NCBI GenBank assembly: GCA_051650265.1
Contig: JBOFIR010000037.1
Span: forward strand, 1-31,269
DNA from: Cellulosilyticaceae bacterium
Lineage (GTDB): Bacteria > Bacillota > Clostridia > Lachnospirales > Cellulosilyticaceae
Reading direction: 5' to 3'
DNA: 31,269 bases
Shown here: positions 8,223-17,905 of the stretch, piece after piece
Layout: every line of letters begins with the position of its first letter
Position numbering within the stretch: position 1 is the first letter of the stretch
The notes under the pieces: generated by a model
Seen by the model: the letters and a program-made list of their open reading frames with translations, nothing else
Told to the model about the DNA's origin: nothing
Databases searched by the model: none
Position numbers and translations under genes: made by a program

Positions 8223-10247
8223 ATGACATTAGCAATCATTATGATCGCAACACTTGTAGGCATCATTGTATTACTGTGGTTACTGGGATTCAAAATTATT
8301 CGAAATGATCGTGTAGGAATTGTTGAGAAATGGTGGTCAACGAAAGGTTCTTTGAAAGAGCAGATTATCGCACTAGGCGGCGAAGCGGGTTATCAGCCAG
8401 AGCTTCTTCGTGGTGGGATTCACTTTAGATCCCCACTCTTTTACAAAGTACATATTGAGCCGCTTGTGACTGTGCCACAGGGCAAGATGGCCTATGTCTT
8501 TTCAAGAGATGGACAGGTGCTAGAACCTACGCAGACATTGGGGCGTGTGGTTCCAGCGTGCAACAACTTTCAAGATGTACGGGCATTCCTCACTGGTGGG
8601 GGACAAAAAGGACCGCAACGTGGGATTATCCGTGAGGGAACCTATGCTTTTAACTTGGCGCAGTTTGTCATCATCACAGAAAACAAGACCTATTATCTCA
8701 AGATGGGTAACCGTGAGGAACAAGCGGACTTAGCTGAGATGGCGCAGCTCATTGCGATGAGAGGTGGTTTCTCACCTATAGTGATTCAAGGGAATCAAGA
8801 CCAAGTAGGAATTGTCACAGTACATGATGGGCCATCTCTAGGAAGAGATGATATTATTTGTCCAACAGTAGGTGATGATGCCAATGCAGAGCACTATCAT
8901 AACAACTTCCAAGATATCAATGCTTTCTTAGCCGCAGGTGGCTACCGTGGTAGACAGCTTCAAGTCTTAGCAGACGGAACATACTTTATCAATAGACTGT
9001 TTGCAACGGTTGAATTTATCCCTAAGGTAGTGATACCAGTAGGATTTGTAGGTGTTGTTGTCTCTTACACAGGGGCCAAGGGAGAAGACTCTTCTGGTAG
9101 CGATTACAAGCATGGTGAACTGGTCAAGAAAGGGTATAGAGGGGTGTGGAGTGAGCCACTTATGCCCGGGAAATATGCTTTTAATATCTATGCAGGGAGC
9201 ATTATTCAGGTGCCTACTACCAACGTCATCCTTAAGTGGATTAGCAATCAAACAGGGAATCATAAATATGATGAGAACTTGACAGAGGTCAGCCTGATTA
9301 CAAAGGATGCATTTGAACCGAGTTTGCCACTTTCTGTTGTCTTCCATATTGATTACCGCAAGGCGCCTTATGTGATTCAGCGATTTGGAAACATCAAGAT
9401 GCTAGTCGATCAAACCCTCGATCCAATGATCTCTGCGTACTTCAAGAATGTTGGGCAGACCAAGACGCTGATCGAGCTCATCCAGCAGCGTAATGAGATT
9501 CAGGCACAAAGTTCTGATGAGATGAAAGCGAAGTTTGATCACTACAACCTAGAGCTTGAAGAAGTACTGATCGGGACGCCTGGGGCCTCTAAGTCAGATA
9601 ATAATATCGAGACGATCCTCACGCAGCTCCGTAGTCGCCAGATTGCCAAAGAGCAGTTAGACACTTATGAAACACAACAAAGAGCAGCGGAGAAGGAAAA
9701 GGAACTTAAAGAAGCTGAAGCTGTTGCCAAACAACAGACAGCCCTTACAGAGTCTGATATCAACATTCGTATTCAAGAAAATCAAGGTAAGGCCGAGCTG
9801 ATGAAAGCAAGGCAAGATGCAGAGAAGATCCAAAGACTCTCCGAAGCAGATGCTTACAAGATCAAGCAGCAGTCAGAAGCGGAAGCGTATCGTATCAAGA
9901 TCACTGCATCAGCAGATGCTGACAAGGAAGCACGCGTGGGGATCTCCAAGGCGATTGCAGCCAAGGAGCAGGTCAGTGCCTATGGTGGACCACAGTATAA
10001 GGTTATGGGTGATGTGATGGGCTCCTTTGCGACAGCCATCAAAGAAGGGCAAATCGATATTGTACCTAAGACTGTGGTCAATGCAGGAGGGGAAGGCAGT
10101 ACTGGTAATGCCTTTGAATCACTCATTATGCTACTTCTAAGTGAGAAGCTTACAAGCCTCAATGATTCAGAAGTAAGTATGGAGTCTCCGCAGGTTGAGC
10201 GCATCAAACAAGAAATATTGAGCCAAATAGCTGAGCAAAAAGAATAG
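8223..10247 (+). CDS. Flotillin-like SPFH/band-7 domain protein with long C-terminal coiled coil
   Basis: ATG 8223 with AAAGGGG RBS (track GTG 8202 is 7 codons upstream). N-terminal TM (LAIIMIATLVGIIVLLWLLGF), SPFH-like core, then an Ala/Glu/Lys/Gln-rich heptad-like region (AEKEKELKEAEAVAKQQ...EADAYKIKQQSEAEAYRIKI) as in FloT/YqiK-type flotillins. 674 aa is long for the family. Confidence 0.5.
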   Translation: MTLAIIMIATLVGIIVLLWLLGFKIIRNDRVGIVEKWWSTKGSLKEQIIALGGEAGYQPELLRGGIHFRSPLFYKVHIEPLVTVPQGKMAYVFSRDGQVLEPTQTLGRVVPACNNFQDVRAFLTGGGQKGPQRGIIREGTYAFNLAQFVIITENKTYYLKMGNREEQADLAEMAQLIAMRGGFSPIVIQGNQDQVGIVTVHDGPSLGRDDIICPTVGDDANAEHYHNNFQDINAFLAAGGYRGRQLQVLADGTYFINRLFATVEFIPKVVIPVGFVGVVVSYTGAKGEDSSGSDYKHGELVKKGYRGVWSEPLMPGKYAFNIYAGSIIQVPTTNVILKWISNQTGNHKYDENLTEVSLITKDAFEPSLPLSVVFHIDYRKAPYVIQRFGNIKMLVDQTLDPMISAYFKNVGQTKTLIELIQQRNEIQAQSSDEMKAKFDHYNLELEEVLIGTPGASKSDNNIETILTQLRSRQIAKEQLDTYETQQRAAEKEKELKEAEAVAKQQTALTESDINIRIQENQGKAELMKARQDAEKIQRLSEADAYKIKQQSEAEAYRIKITASADADKEARVGISKAIAAKEQVSAYGGPQYKVMGDVMGSFATAIKEGQIDIVPKTVVNAGGEGSTGNAFESLIMLLLSEKLTSLNDSEVSMESPQVERIKQEILSQIAEQKE

Positions 10248-10252
10248 ATCAG

Positions 10253-10296
10253 AAAGAGCCCCATGAGTGAATAATCATCACTTATGGGGCTCTTTT
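10253..10296. terminator. Bidirectional rho-independent terminator between convergent genes
   Basis: 18-bp stem with 1 mismatch (aaagagccccatgagtga / tcacttatggggctcttt), 7-nt loop, A-run 5' and T-run 3'. Lies between the flotillin stop (10247) and the aminotransferase stop (10309, minus strand). Confidence 0.7.
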
Positions 10297-10308
10297 CAAA
10301 GTATGTAT

Positions 10309-11499
10309 CTATTTATTTTTGTAAAACTCAGCGAGTTGTGTGAAAGCTGGAAGTGAGCGTTCAATCTGAGCGTAACTTGTGCAGTATGCAAGGCGTACAT
10401 AGCCAGGGCAACCAAAAGCTGAGCCTGGAACAAGTAAGAGATTGAAGCGTTTGGCATCTTCACAGAATTGCTTATCATCTGCAATTAAGCTTTTTGGAAA
10501 GAGGTAAAATGCGCCTTGTGGCTTGATACACTCAAAGCCAATGCTTGTAAGGTGATTGTAGAGCAGGTCACGGTTGCGCTTATAGATGTTGACATCTACT
10601 TCATTGCCAAGACATTTGGCGATCACACGCTGGAAGAGTGATGGGGCATTGACAAAGCCAAGGATACGGTTGGCAACGTTGAGGGCGCCCATCATATCTT
10701 GGAAGTGATCCATCTCACCATGTGCGACGATGTAGCCGATACGCTCACCAGGTAAAGAAAGTGACTTGCTATAAGAGTAACCGATGAAGCTATTACGGTA
10801 GTAGCTGAGTATGTATGGCACTTTGGCATCATCATATACAAGCTCACGATAAGGTTCATCTGAGATGAGGTAGATACTTGTGCCAAGTGCTTGTTGCTTT
10901 TCTTCAAGTACTTGTGCAAGACCACGTAGTGCTGCATCAGAATAGATCACCCCCGTTGGATTATTTGGTGAGTTGATGATAACTGCTTTGGTACGCGCTG
11001 TGATCAGTGTAGCGAGCGCCTCAAGGTTTGGCTCAAAGGTCTCTGTGTCAGCAGGAACTACGACAAGTTTGCCATCGAAGTTGCTCACGTAATTGCGATA
11101 TTCACCGAAGAATGGTGCGAAGACAATCACTTCATCCTCTGGGTTCAGAAGCGTTTTGAGGAGGATGTTGAGGCCACCAGCAGCGCCGCATGTCATGACG
11201 ATATTGTCTACGCCAAGAGATACACCATGCAGGTTGCTTAAGTGCGCAGCAATGTCTTGGCGCACATCCTCATAGCCAGAGTTGTTCATATAACCATGAA
11301 CGAGGTTTGGTGTCTCTTGACTTAGGATCTCAGAGATGGCAGATGTAATTGCCTCGGGTGGTTCTACGTTAGGGTTGCCTAAGCTAAAGTCAAAAACATT
11401 CTCTGCGCCGTGAATGGCAGCAAGGCGTTTGCCTTCTTCGAACATGGCGCGGATTGTAGAACTTCCTGCCTCAAGTGTTTGCATTTTGTTTGATATCAT
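10309..11499 (-). CDS. PLP-dependent aminotransferase, class I/II (aspartate/aromatic aminotransferase-like)
   Basis: SYSKSLSLPGERIGY contains the S-x-S-K...G-x-R PLP-lysine motif, with an N-terminal aminotransferase fold. Start chosen at MISNKMQTLEAG (ATG complement 11497-11499), with AAAGGAG 7 nt upstream. The track's 30-codon upstream extension lacks an RBS. Confidence 0.8.
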   Translation of the reverse strand: MISNKMQTLEAGSSTIRAMFEEGKRLAAIHGAENVFDFSLGNPNVEPPEAITSAISEILSQETPNLVHGYMNNSGYEDVRQDIAAHLSNLHGVSLGVDNIVMTCGAAGGLNILLKTLLNPEDEVIVFAPFFGEYRNYVSNFDGKLVVVPADTETFEPNLEALATLITARTKAVIINSPNNPTGVIYSDAALRGLAQVLEEKQQALGTSIYLISDEPYRELVYDDAKVPYILSYYRNSFIGYSYSKSLSLPGERIGYIVAHGEMDHFQDMMGALNVANRILGFVNAPSLFQRVIAKCLGNEVDVNIYKRNRDLLYNHLTSIGFECIKPQGAFYLFPKSLIADDKQFCEDAKRFNLLLVPGSAFGCPGYVRLAYCTSYAQIERSLPAFTQLAEFYKNK

Positions 11500-11672
11500 A
11501 TGAATACTCCTTTGGTAAAATACTAAATTATTAAAAACATTATAGCATATTATAAACAAAAATAGAGAGGACGTTTTACCCAAAATCCACACAAAGCTTT
11601 GTTTTTAATGTTATATAATTAATAAAAAGTGTATTTTAATTCACAGATAATATATTTTGAAAGTCAAATCAT

Positions 11673-11701
11673 TTGATATTCAAACTAAATTGTGCTATAC
11701 T
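11673..11701 (+). promoter_or_regulatory. Sigma-A-type promoter for degV-family gene
   Basis: TTGATA - 17 bp - TATACT with TG at -15/-14 (tgcTATACT), 35 nt upstream of the ATG at 11736. Confidence 0.45.
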
Positions 11702-11735
11702 CATTTCAATGAAAAGAAATTAGGAGGATTACCTG

Positions 11736-12602
11736 ATGAAAATTAAATTGATTACAGATTCGGCATCTGATTTGCCGTTAAATTATATTGAAGCAAATGA
11801 TATTGCAGTAGCATGCCTTGAGGTGAATATCAAGGGAGAGTTTATCAAAGACGATTTTGGACAAAGTTTACCGTATGCGCGTTTCTATGAGTTATTGCGC
11901 CAGGGTGAACTTACAAGTACATCACAGGTGAACATCCATACTTTTGAAGAGTTATTTGAAGGGTATGTCAAAGAAGATTACAAGATTATTTATATTGGTC
12001 TTGCAAGTGTGCTGAGCGGAACGGTAGGTAGTGCCACTGCAGCAAGAGCAAATATCTTAGAGCGCTACCCAGATGCAGACATTTCAGTGATTGATTCAAA
12101 GAGTGCATCATTAGGTGAAGGGCTCTTGGTATGTAAGGCACATGAGATGATTAAGGCAGGGTGCCCAAAAGAGGAGATTGTAAATTGGTTAGAAGCCAAT
12201 CGTTCAAAGGTTATTCATGCCATTACTGTGGATGATTTAGGATTCCTCAAAAGAGGTGGGCGCATCTCAGCGGCTACAGCTGTAGTAGGTGGACTTTTAG
12301 GGATCAAGCCAAGTATCAGTTTTGATGATGAAGGCCATGTCATCCCAGGGGCAAAGCTTAAAGGTAGTAAGAATGCACTGAGATATTTGGTGAATCAAGT
12401 GGTTGAGAAAGGTGTTAATCTTGAAGATCAGACATTATTTATCTGTCATGGTGATGTAGCAGATCGTGCTCAGACACTCAAAGAGATGATCCTTGAAAAA
12501 GTAAATGTAAAAGATATAGTCATTGGTCATATCGGTACAGTGATTGGTACACATGGGGGACCAGGTGCAATGGCTGTTATGTTCTTAGGAGAAAAGCGTT
12601 AA
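11736..12602 (+). CDS. DegV family (fatty-acid-binding, EDD fold) protein
   Basis: MKIKLITDSASDLP N-terminus and length (288 aa) characteristic of DegV/DUF194. RBS AGGAGG. Confidence 0.8.
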   Translation: MKIKLITDSASDLPLNYIEANDIAVACLEVNIKGEFIKDDFGQSLPYARFYELLRQGELTSTSQVNIHTFEELFEGYVKEDYKIIYIGLASVLSGTVGSATAARANILERYPDADISVIDSKSASLGEGLLVCKAHEMIKAGCPKEEIVNWLEANRSKVIHAITVDDLGFLKRGGRISAATAVVGGLLGIKPSISFDDEGHVIPGAKLKGSKNALRYLVNQVVEKGVNLEDQTLFICHGDVADRAQTLKEMILEKVNVKDIVIGHIGTVIGTHGGPGAMAVMFLGEKR

Positions 12603-12614
12603 TATAGAATGAAT

Positions 12615-12656
12615 AAGGATATAAACACCTGAGTGTGTTTATATCCTTATTTTGTT
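12615..12656 (+). terminator. Rho-independent terminator
   Basis: Perfect 14-bp stem aaggatataaacac / gtgtttatatcctt, 6-nt loop, attttgttt tail. Confidence 0.7.
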
Positions 12657-12831
12657 TGCCTTTTAGAAAGCATTGGGATAAAGAATCATTTAAAATGTAT
12701 AAATATACTTTGCGAAATATAGCAGATATTTAAGGAATGCTAGTGATAATAATAGACAAGATTTTTTTACAAGGGTATAATAAATGCAGAATAAGTAGAA
12801 AAAGATCAATATATGGAGTGGAGGAATAGAG

Positions 12832-15123
12832 GTGAGGCTATCAACAAAGACGACACTGATTTTTTTATTGACAATGTTGATTAGTGGCGTTGCTTATGTA
12901 TTAACGGGTACATACCTGGCAGGCTATTTATATAAAGGTGAGACAACACGTATTACAGGGATTACTGGTAGTGTCATGAGTAGAGTGGATAGTGAAGTAG
13001 TTAAGCTGACGGGAAAAACAAAAGATTATGCATCATTAATTGGAGCAGCCCGCAGAATCCAGAGCCAGTTTGGTGTTGATGGGTTTAAAGCACTTCAGCT
13101 AGAGTCACCCTTTAAACAAGATGAGATTGATTTTAAGCTTTTTCTCACGCCAGAATTTGAAGTGCAACAAATATATGGAGAGTTGGGACAGTATGAGCAA
13201 GAGGAACTTGAAAAAATTTTAGCCCAGGTACAGCCTATGATTAATCCGAGTGAGCCGGGAGTGATTAATAGGATGATCGGTACGATATCCGATCCGTATT
13301 TTGTGGGGGTTGTTCCTTTGTTTTTTGAGGATTATAAAGTAGATGGGTACTTCGTGTTGGTGGAGCACTTTGGTCAAACAAAAATATCTGAGATTGGCGC
13401 ACGTATGATGAGAGAGTTGAATCTTGTGACGACATATGATAAGGACTCAGCACAGGTTCAAGAGCTAAGAGAAGGTGTGAATGTGGCGATTGTCTATGAT
13501 GCAGAGACTGTGCGCAGCTACTATCAACTGTCATGTACAGGCGTTGGGCAGCCGTACTATATTGAGTTAGTAGAGCCGCTTGTGATCTGGCTTCTAACCA
13601 AGGGGAATATCGATATTGTAATCGGGCTTGTAACGGTCTTCTCACTATTGATTTTTTTAGGGTTATGGAGGGTAATGGACCAGGTAGTGGTTCAGCGCCT
13701 AAGGTATATGACAGATGCAATTAATTGTATGCGTGAAAGTTCTGATTTGACGGTTAGGCTGGAAAAAGGGACTGCAAAGGATGAAATTGCTGAGCTTGCT
13801 GAGGGAATCAATAATATGGTAGAGGCACTAGAAGAAAGCCATAGCCTTCTGGTAGCCAATGAACAAAAGTACAGCCAGTTGGCCAAGTATGATAGTTTAA
13901 CAGGACTTTATAACCGCTATCGGATCACTTATCTCATGGAAGAAATCAAAATGCCATACACAGTATATTTTGTGGATATTGATAACTTCAAAGAGATCAA
14001 TGATGCCATGGGACATAATATAGGTGATGAGGTCATTTGCGAAGTTGCTAAGCAGCTGAAAAGTTTTATTGATAGACATACAAAGGTAGCACGTATCGGC
14101 GGAGATGAGTTCGTGATCTTAAGACTCGGAAGCTTCAGTGAAGAAGCGCGGGAAGCCTTCGCCAAAAGTCTTCTTGGGAGTATCAATCGTGTTTATAGCT
14201 TTGGTAATTATACCTTTGAGATCAATGGAAGTATGGGAATTAGTTATTACCCAGAGCATGCAGTGCAGCAGAAGAATTTGCTGCGCTATGCAGATATTGC
14301 AATGTACCATGCCAAGCAACATGGTGGCAGAATTTATAGTGTTTTTAGAGCAGAGATGTTAGAAGAAATAGAGCTTGAGGCAGAACTAAGAGAAGCGATT
14401 ACCAAAGATGAGTTCAACGTGTTTTACCAACCGATCTATGATATGCAGGCGGCACGCATCATGGGGGCAGAGGCTTTGGTAAGATGGGAAAAAAATGGTG
14501 AGTTGATCTCACCTATCAAGTTCATCCCTCTTGCCAAAAAGACAGGAGATATTGCATTAATTGATCAGATAGTTCTTGAACAGGCATGCCAGTTTTGTAA
14601 AAGACAGCGAGAGCTTGGTAAGGTCAACTTTGAAGTTTCCGTCAATGCCTCTTATCGTTGGCTTATGCAGGCTGATGTGATGCAATATATTGATTATGCT
14701 TTAGATGAGGCAGGCCTTCCACCACAAGCGCTTAAGTTAGAGATTACAGAAGATGAAGTCATGGATAATCCAAAACAAGTGATTGCACTACTTATGCAGA
14801 TCAAGGCCAAAGGAATCCGTATTGCACTAGATGACTTTGGGGTGGGTTATTCTTCCTTTAATTATATCAAGATGCTACCTATTGATGTACTCAAGATTGA
14901 TAGAAGTCTACTCTTAGAAGTAGAGCAAGATAATAAGACAAAATCCATTATTGAGACGATGATTATGCTTTCTCACACACTTGGTTTGGAGGTTGTGTGT
15001 GAAGGGGTGGAGACATCGGAGCAAATGAACTTGTTACAAACTATTGGATGCGATAAAATCCAGGGGTACTTGATTAGCAAGCCTGTTCCCGAACAAGCAT
15101 TTTTATTATTGGAAAATAAATAA
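12832..15123 (+). CDS. Membrane sensor diguanylate cyclase/phosphodiesterase (periplasmic sensor-HAMP-GGDEF-EAL)
   Basis: Two TM segments bracketing a ~230-aa extracytoplasmic domain, then a HAMP-like segment. GGDEF domain with intact RIGGDEFVIL. EAL domain with EALVRW, DDFGVGYSS, KIDRSLL and EGVET all intact. Confidence 0.85.
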   Translation: MRLSTKTTLIFLLTMLISGVAYVLTGTYLAGYLYKGETTRITGITGSVMSRVDSEVVKLTGKTKDYASLIGAARRIQSQFGVDGFKALQLESPFKQDEIDFKLFLTPEFEVQQIYGELGQYEQEELEKILAQVQPMINPSEPGVINRMIGTISDPYFVGVVPLFFEDYKVDGYFVLVEHFGQTKISEIGARMMRELNLVTTYDKDSAQVQELREGVNVAIVYDAETVRSYYQLSCTGVGQPYYIELVEPLVIWLLTKGNIDIVIGLVTVFSLLIFLGLWRVMDQVVVQRLRYMTDAINCMRESSDLTVRLEKGTAKDEIAELAEGINNMVEALEESHSLLVANEQKYSQLAKYDSLTGLYNRYRITYLMEEIKMPYTVYFVDIDNFKEINDAMGHNIGDEVICEVAKQLKSFIDRHTKVARIGGDEFVILRLGSFSEEAREAFAKSLLGSINRVYSFGNYTFEINGSMGISYYPEHAVQQKNLLRYADIAMYHAKQHGGRIYSVFRAEMLEEIELEAELREAITKDEFNVFYQPIYDMQAARIMGAEALVRWEKNGELISPIKFIPLAKKTGDIALIDQIVLEQACQFCKRQRELGKVNFEVSVNASYRWLMQADVMQYIDYALDEAGLPPQALKLEITEDEVMDNPKQVIALLMQIKAKGIRIALDDFGVGYSSFNYIKMLPIDVLKIDRSLLLEVEQDNKTKSIIETMIMLSHTLGLEVVCEGVETSEQMNLLQTIGCDKIQGYLISKPVPEQAFLLLENK

Positions 15124-15125
15124 AC

Positions 15126-15166
15126 AAAAAAAGACAATACATGCACAGCGGGTATTGTCTTTTTTG
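15126..15166. terminator. Bidirectional rho-independent terminator
   Basis: aaaaaaagacaatac / gtattgtcttttttt perfect 15-bp arms, 11-nt loop. Sits between convergent GGDEF-EAL (+) and TPR (-) genes. Confidence 0.7.
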
Positions 15167-15169
15167 TTG

Positions 15170-16024
15170 CTAAGGATATAAGGCTTGCAGGTCAGGGTCT
15201 TTAAGGCTATAAGGACCAAATTCTGCATAGCGGGTTATTGCTGCATCAAGATCCGCTTGACTTTGTTGGAGCTGGCCCGCAAGTGCATAAAAGCAGGCAC
15301 GGTTATAATAAAGAAAAGCTTGATCGGTCTCGGTGATGCCTTCAGAGAGTATCTGGATCCCAAGCTCAAGCTGCCCGAGATCTTTGTAGACTACAGCAAG
15401 ATTGAGATAGGCATAAGGATTATGCGCATCTTGCTTGATGGATTTTTGGTAGCAAGTGATTGCACGGTCAAACTGAGAAAGTTTGCCAAAGGCAACACCC
15501 ATATTGAAACATGCCGTAGGGTGATTAGGTGAGATGCGTAGTGCTTCTTTGAAGTACTTGTAAGCAAGCTCATAGCGTCCGCACTCTTCGTAGATGGAGC
15601 CAAGGTTGGTCAGTGCCCAAAAGTCTTCGGGTACTAGGCGAAGAGTCTCTTCATAGGCAGTAATGGCTGCATCGGTTTGACCTACTTGGTCATAGGCACC
15701 TGCAAGAAAGAAGTATGCACGGTCAAAAAGCGGATTAATAGCAATGGCTGCTTCATAGTAAGGAATCGCCTTGTCATAGGCTTCTTGGTCGTCATAAATA
15801 ATGCCGATCCCATAGTGAGCTAGGTGGTTTTCAAGGTCTAAAGTTAAGACATGCTCATAGGCAGCAAGCGCCTCGTCTTCCTTGCCAAGATCCTGATAGA
15901 TGAGTGCCATCTCAACCAGTAGATCAGGATCTTTTGTCTGTTGGAAGGCTTGTGTATAGTAGTGAAGCGCTTTAAGTGGTTTTTCCTCCAAAAGCGCTTG
16001 TTCTGCAAGGAGATCATAATTCAT
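15170..16024 (-). CDS. Tetratricopeptide repeat (TPR) protein
   Basis: Repeated A-x-x-x-Y...A-I-x-x-x-P 34-aa TPR units across the whole 284 aa. GAGG RBS upstream of ATG (complement 16022-16024). Confidence 0.7.
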   Translation of the reverse strand: MNYDLLAEQALLEEKPLKALHYYTQAFQQTKDPDLLVEMALIYQDLGKEDEALAAYEHVLTLDLENHLAHYGIGIIYDDQEAYDKAIPYYEAAIAINPLFDRAYFFLAGAYDQVGQTDAAITAYEETLRLVPEDFWALTNLGSIYEECGRYELAYKYFKEALRISPNHPTACFNMGVAFGKLSQFDRAITCYQKSIKQDAHNPYAYLNLAVVYKDLGQLELGIQILSEGITETDQAFLYYNRACFYALAGQLQQSQADLDAAITRYAEFGPYSLKDPDLQALYP

Positions 16025-16077
16025 AAGTTACCTCATTTGATAGATACTGTGTCGGTTTTAGTCTTAGTATAGCAAAA

Positions 16078-17601
16078 TTATTTGATCGTCACACCTATTA
16101 TTTTATTACCACGTGGTGCAACGACGATGGTATTGCCAAAAATAGCAGGCGTTGCTTCAATATTGCTACCCAAATTGATACGGTGAAGTTCTTTTCCAGT
16201 GAGACCATCTAGAAGAAACATATTGCCTGCGGCGTCACATTGGATCAGATAGCCTGTGCCTTTGCTATCGTAGACAGCAACAGGGGAAGACCACATATAA
16301 TGGGTCATCTCTTTGGTCCATACAGTCTTGCCTGTACGTTTATCTACGGCGATCATAAGGCCTGGCTGCATCCCCTTGTAGCGTGCAATAGAGAAGAATA
16401 CCAAGTCTTTGAGGTTATTTTTGCCAAGTGTAGGAGAAGCTAACATCCCGCCATTGACAGCTTTGGAGCCAATGATGGATTTGCATGGAAAGGTCTGCTT
16501 CCATACTTCTTGTCCTGTGTGTCCATTGAGCTTACGAATAGTACAGGTCCCAGAAGTGCCTTGGAAGTCTACTTCATTGCCTGTGTAGATATAAGGAATC
16601 CCATCTTCTACCTCCAAAAGTACTGTAGCATCAGTATCGTCACCGCTATCAAAGGTCCAAAGAGGCTGAAGTGTGTGAAGATTGACACAGGTCACATGGC
16701 CACTATTATCCGCAAAGTAGACGAGATTATCATGGATCGCGACGGAGCTTTCAATTCCTTTTTGTGGGGCACTGCTGATACCATACTTGAGTTTGTAGAC
16801 AGTCGGATTGAGTGAGATTGTGCCTTTGGTCTTGTTATAATTGGTCATAAGTTTGACCACATAGAGAAGGCCATTCTCGCCACCTACAATCAATGTATCA
16901 TTGATGCCGTCCACAAGTGCGGAAGAATCAAAGGCTCCCCAACCACGGCCTGCTACTTTATCGATCCCATTAATATGATACAGACGCTTGCCATCGATCA
17001 GGCTATAGATGTTGTAACCAATACTACCTTTTTCAGGAATTCCTTCACCTACATACAGAAGAGGATAGCCACGGGGATCAATGGAGAGGCTTCCTTTGAT
17101 GGGGTTACCGATCTTGATACTTGGGCGCGTAGGCTTGCCTGTTGCAAGATCAAGAAAGTAGATATAGCCAGAGAGTGAGGCATAGATGACCTCTACGAAC
17201 TGCGGATTGTTCTTGTATTCTGGATAGAGGTTCATGTGAACCTTTGTTTCTGCAGGCCACTGAATAAGAGAGGGTTGGCCTGTCCACCCTGCACCACCAC
17301 CCCAGCTGCTGCTATGGGTTGTAAAGCTCCATTTTTTCTCAAGTTGCTTTAGTCCAGGGGTAACGGTACCATAGCTCCCACCATCACGGTGTGGACCACC
17401 GCGAAAGGTGAAAACGCCTGGGATTTCACCATAGCTTTCTGAGAGTTTGACCTTAGGGAGTTTGCTGGTATCTTTCATCAGATTATTACCTTCATAGACT
17501 TTGTAGGCAATTGAAGTTTTGGGAGAGGCAAAAACAAGTGAGCTAGTAGTAAGTGTCAGGCAGATGAGTAGTGAGCAGATGGTGCGTAGTGATTTCTTCA
17601 T
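16078..17601 (-). CDS. Secreted PQQ-like beta-propeller repeat protein
   Basis: Start taken at MKKSLRTICSLLICLTLTTSSLVFA (signal peptide; ATG complement 17599-17601) rather than the track's 60-codon upstream extension. Body shows repeated hydrophobic-G-x-x-D-G...W propeller-blade patterns typical of PQQ/BamB-like repeats. Confidence 0.6.
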   Translation of the reverse strand: MKKSLRTICSLLICLTLTTSSLVFASPKTSIAYKVYEGNNLMKDTSKLPKVKLSESYGEIPGVFTFRGGPHRDGGSYGTVTPGLKQLEKKWSFTTHSSSWGGGAGWTGQPSLIQWPAETKVHMNLYPEYKNNPQFVEVIYASLSGYIYFLDLATGKPTRPSIKIGNPIKGSLSIDPRGYPLLYVGEGIPEKGSIGYNIYSLIDGKRLYHINGIDKVAGRGWGAFDSSALVDGINDTLIVGGENGLLYVVKLMTNYNKTKGTISLNPTVYKLKYGISSAPQKGIESSVAIHDNLVYFADNSGHVTCVNLHTLQPLWTFDSGDDTDATVLLEVEDGIPYIYTGNEVDFQGTSGTCTIRKLNGHTGQEVWKQTFPCKSIIGSKAVNGGMLASPTLGKNNLKDLVFFSIARYKGMQPGLMIAVDKRTGKTVWTKEMTHYMWSSPVAVYDSKGTGYLIQCDAAGNMFLLDGLTGKELHRINLGSNIEATPAIFGNTIVVAPRGNKIIGVTIK

Positions 17602-17722
17602 TTGTAACACATCCTTTATAAAAATATACTTTAGTTTAAAGATTAACATATTAATACCTAAGTTTCCAGAAAATGTAAGATCCTTACCTCCAAAATGTCG
17701 AAGAAGGTAAGGGTCTAAGGAT

Positions 17723-17905
17723 TTAGCTTGCGTATTGAATCCAGTAGTATAGGACATAGATCCAGCTGAGTAAGCCGTGGACAATCGCCCATGGGATGGA
17801 TTGCCAAGTAGTGTAGGACAAAATCATGGCTAGGCAAGAACCAAAAGAAATGCCTGCTTTGACAGTTTTGTCGATATGGTAATGCTTTTCGTAGTTATCG
17901 CTCAT
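17723..17905 (-). CDS. Small hydrophobic protein (60 aa), unknown function
   Basis: MSDNYEKHYHIDKTVKAGISFGSCLAMILSYTTWQSIPWAIVHGLLSWIYVLYYWIQYAS, with two predicted TM helices. Strong RBS AAAGGGGGAG 5 nt upstream of ATG. Confidence 0.4.
   Translation of the reverse strand: MSDNYEKHYHIDKTVKAGISFGSCLAMILSYTTWQSIPWAIVHGLLSWIYVLYYWIQYAS

Noticed and set aside
10309-11592. Track ORF with a 31-codon N-terminal extension for the aminotransferase (and similarly 16078-17784 for the PQQ protein, 18498-18857 for the Cys-cluster protein, 22632 start for the maturase)
   Set aside because: Internal Met codons with proper RBSs (AAAGGAG etc.) and signal-peptide or family-consistent N-termini give better starts. 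The extensions are RBS-less and run through upstream regulatory hairpins or genes.
13265-14322. Multiple minus-strand ORFs (13265-13720, 13692-13886, 13897-14079, 13929-14186, 14119-14322) and the plus-strand 14138-14362 inside the GGDEF-EAL gene
   Set aside because: They overlap a CDS with intact GGDEF and EAL motifs, lack RBSs and have unstructured compositions. Antisense or out-of-frame artefacts.
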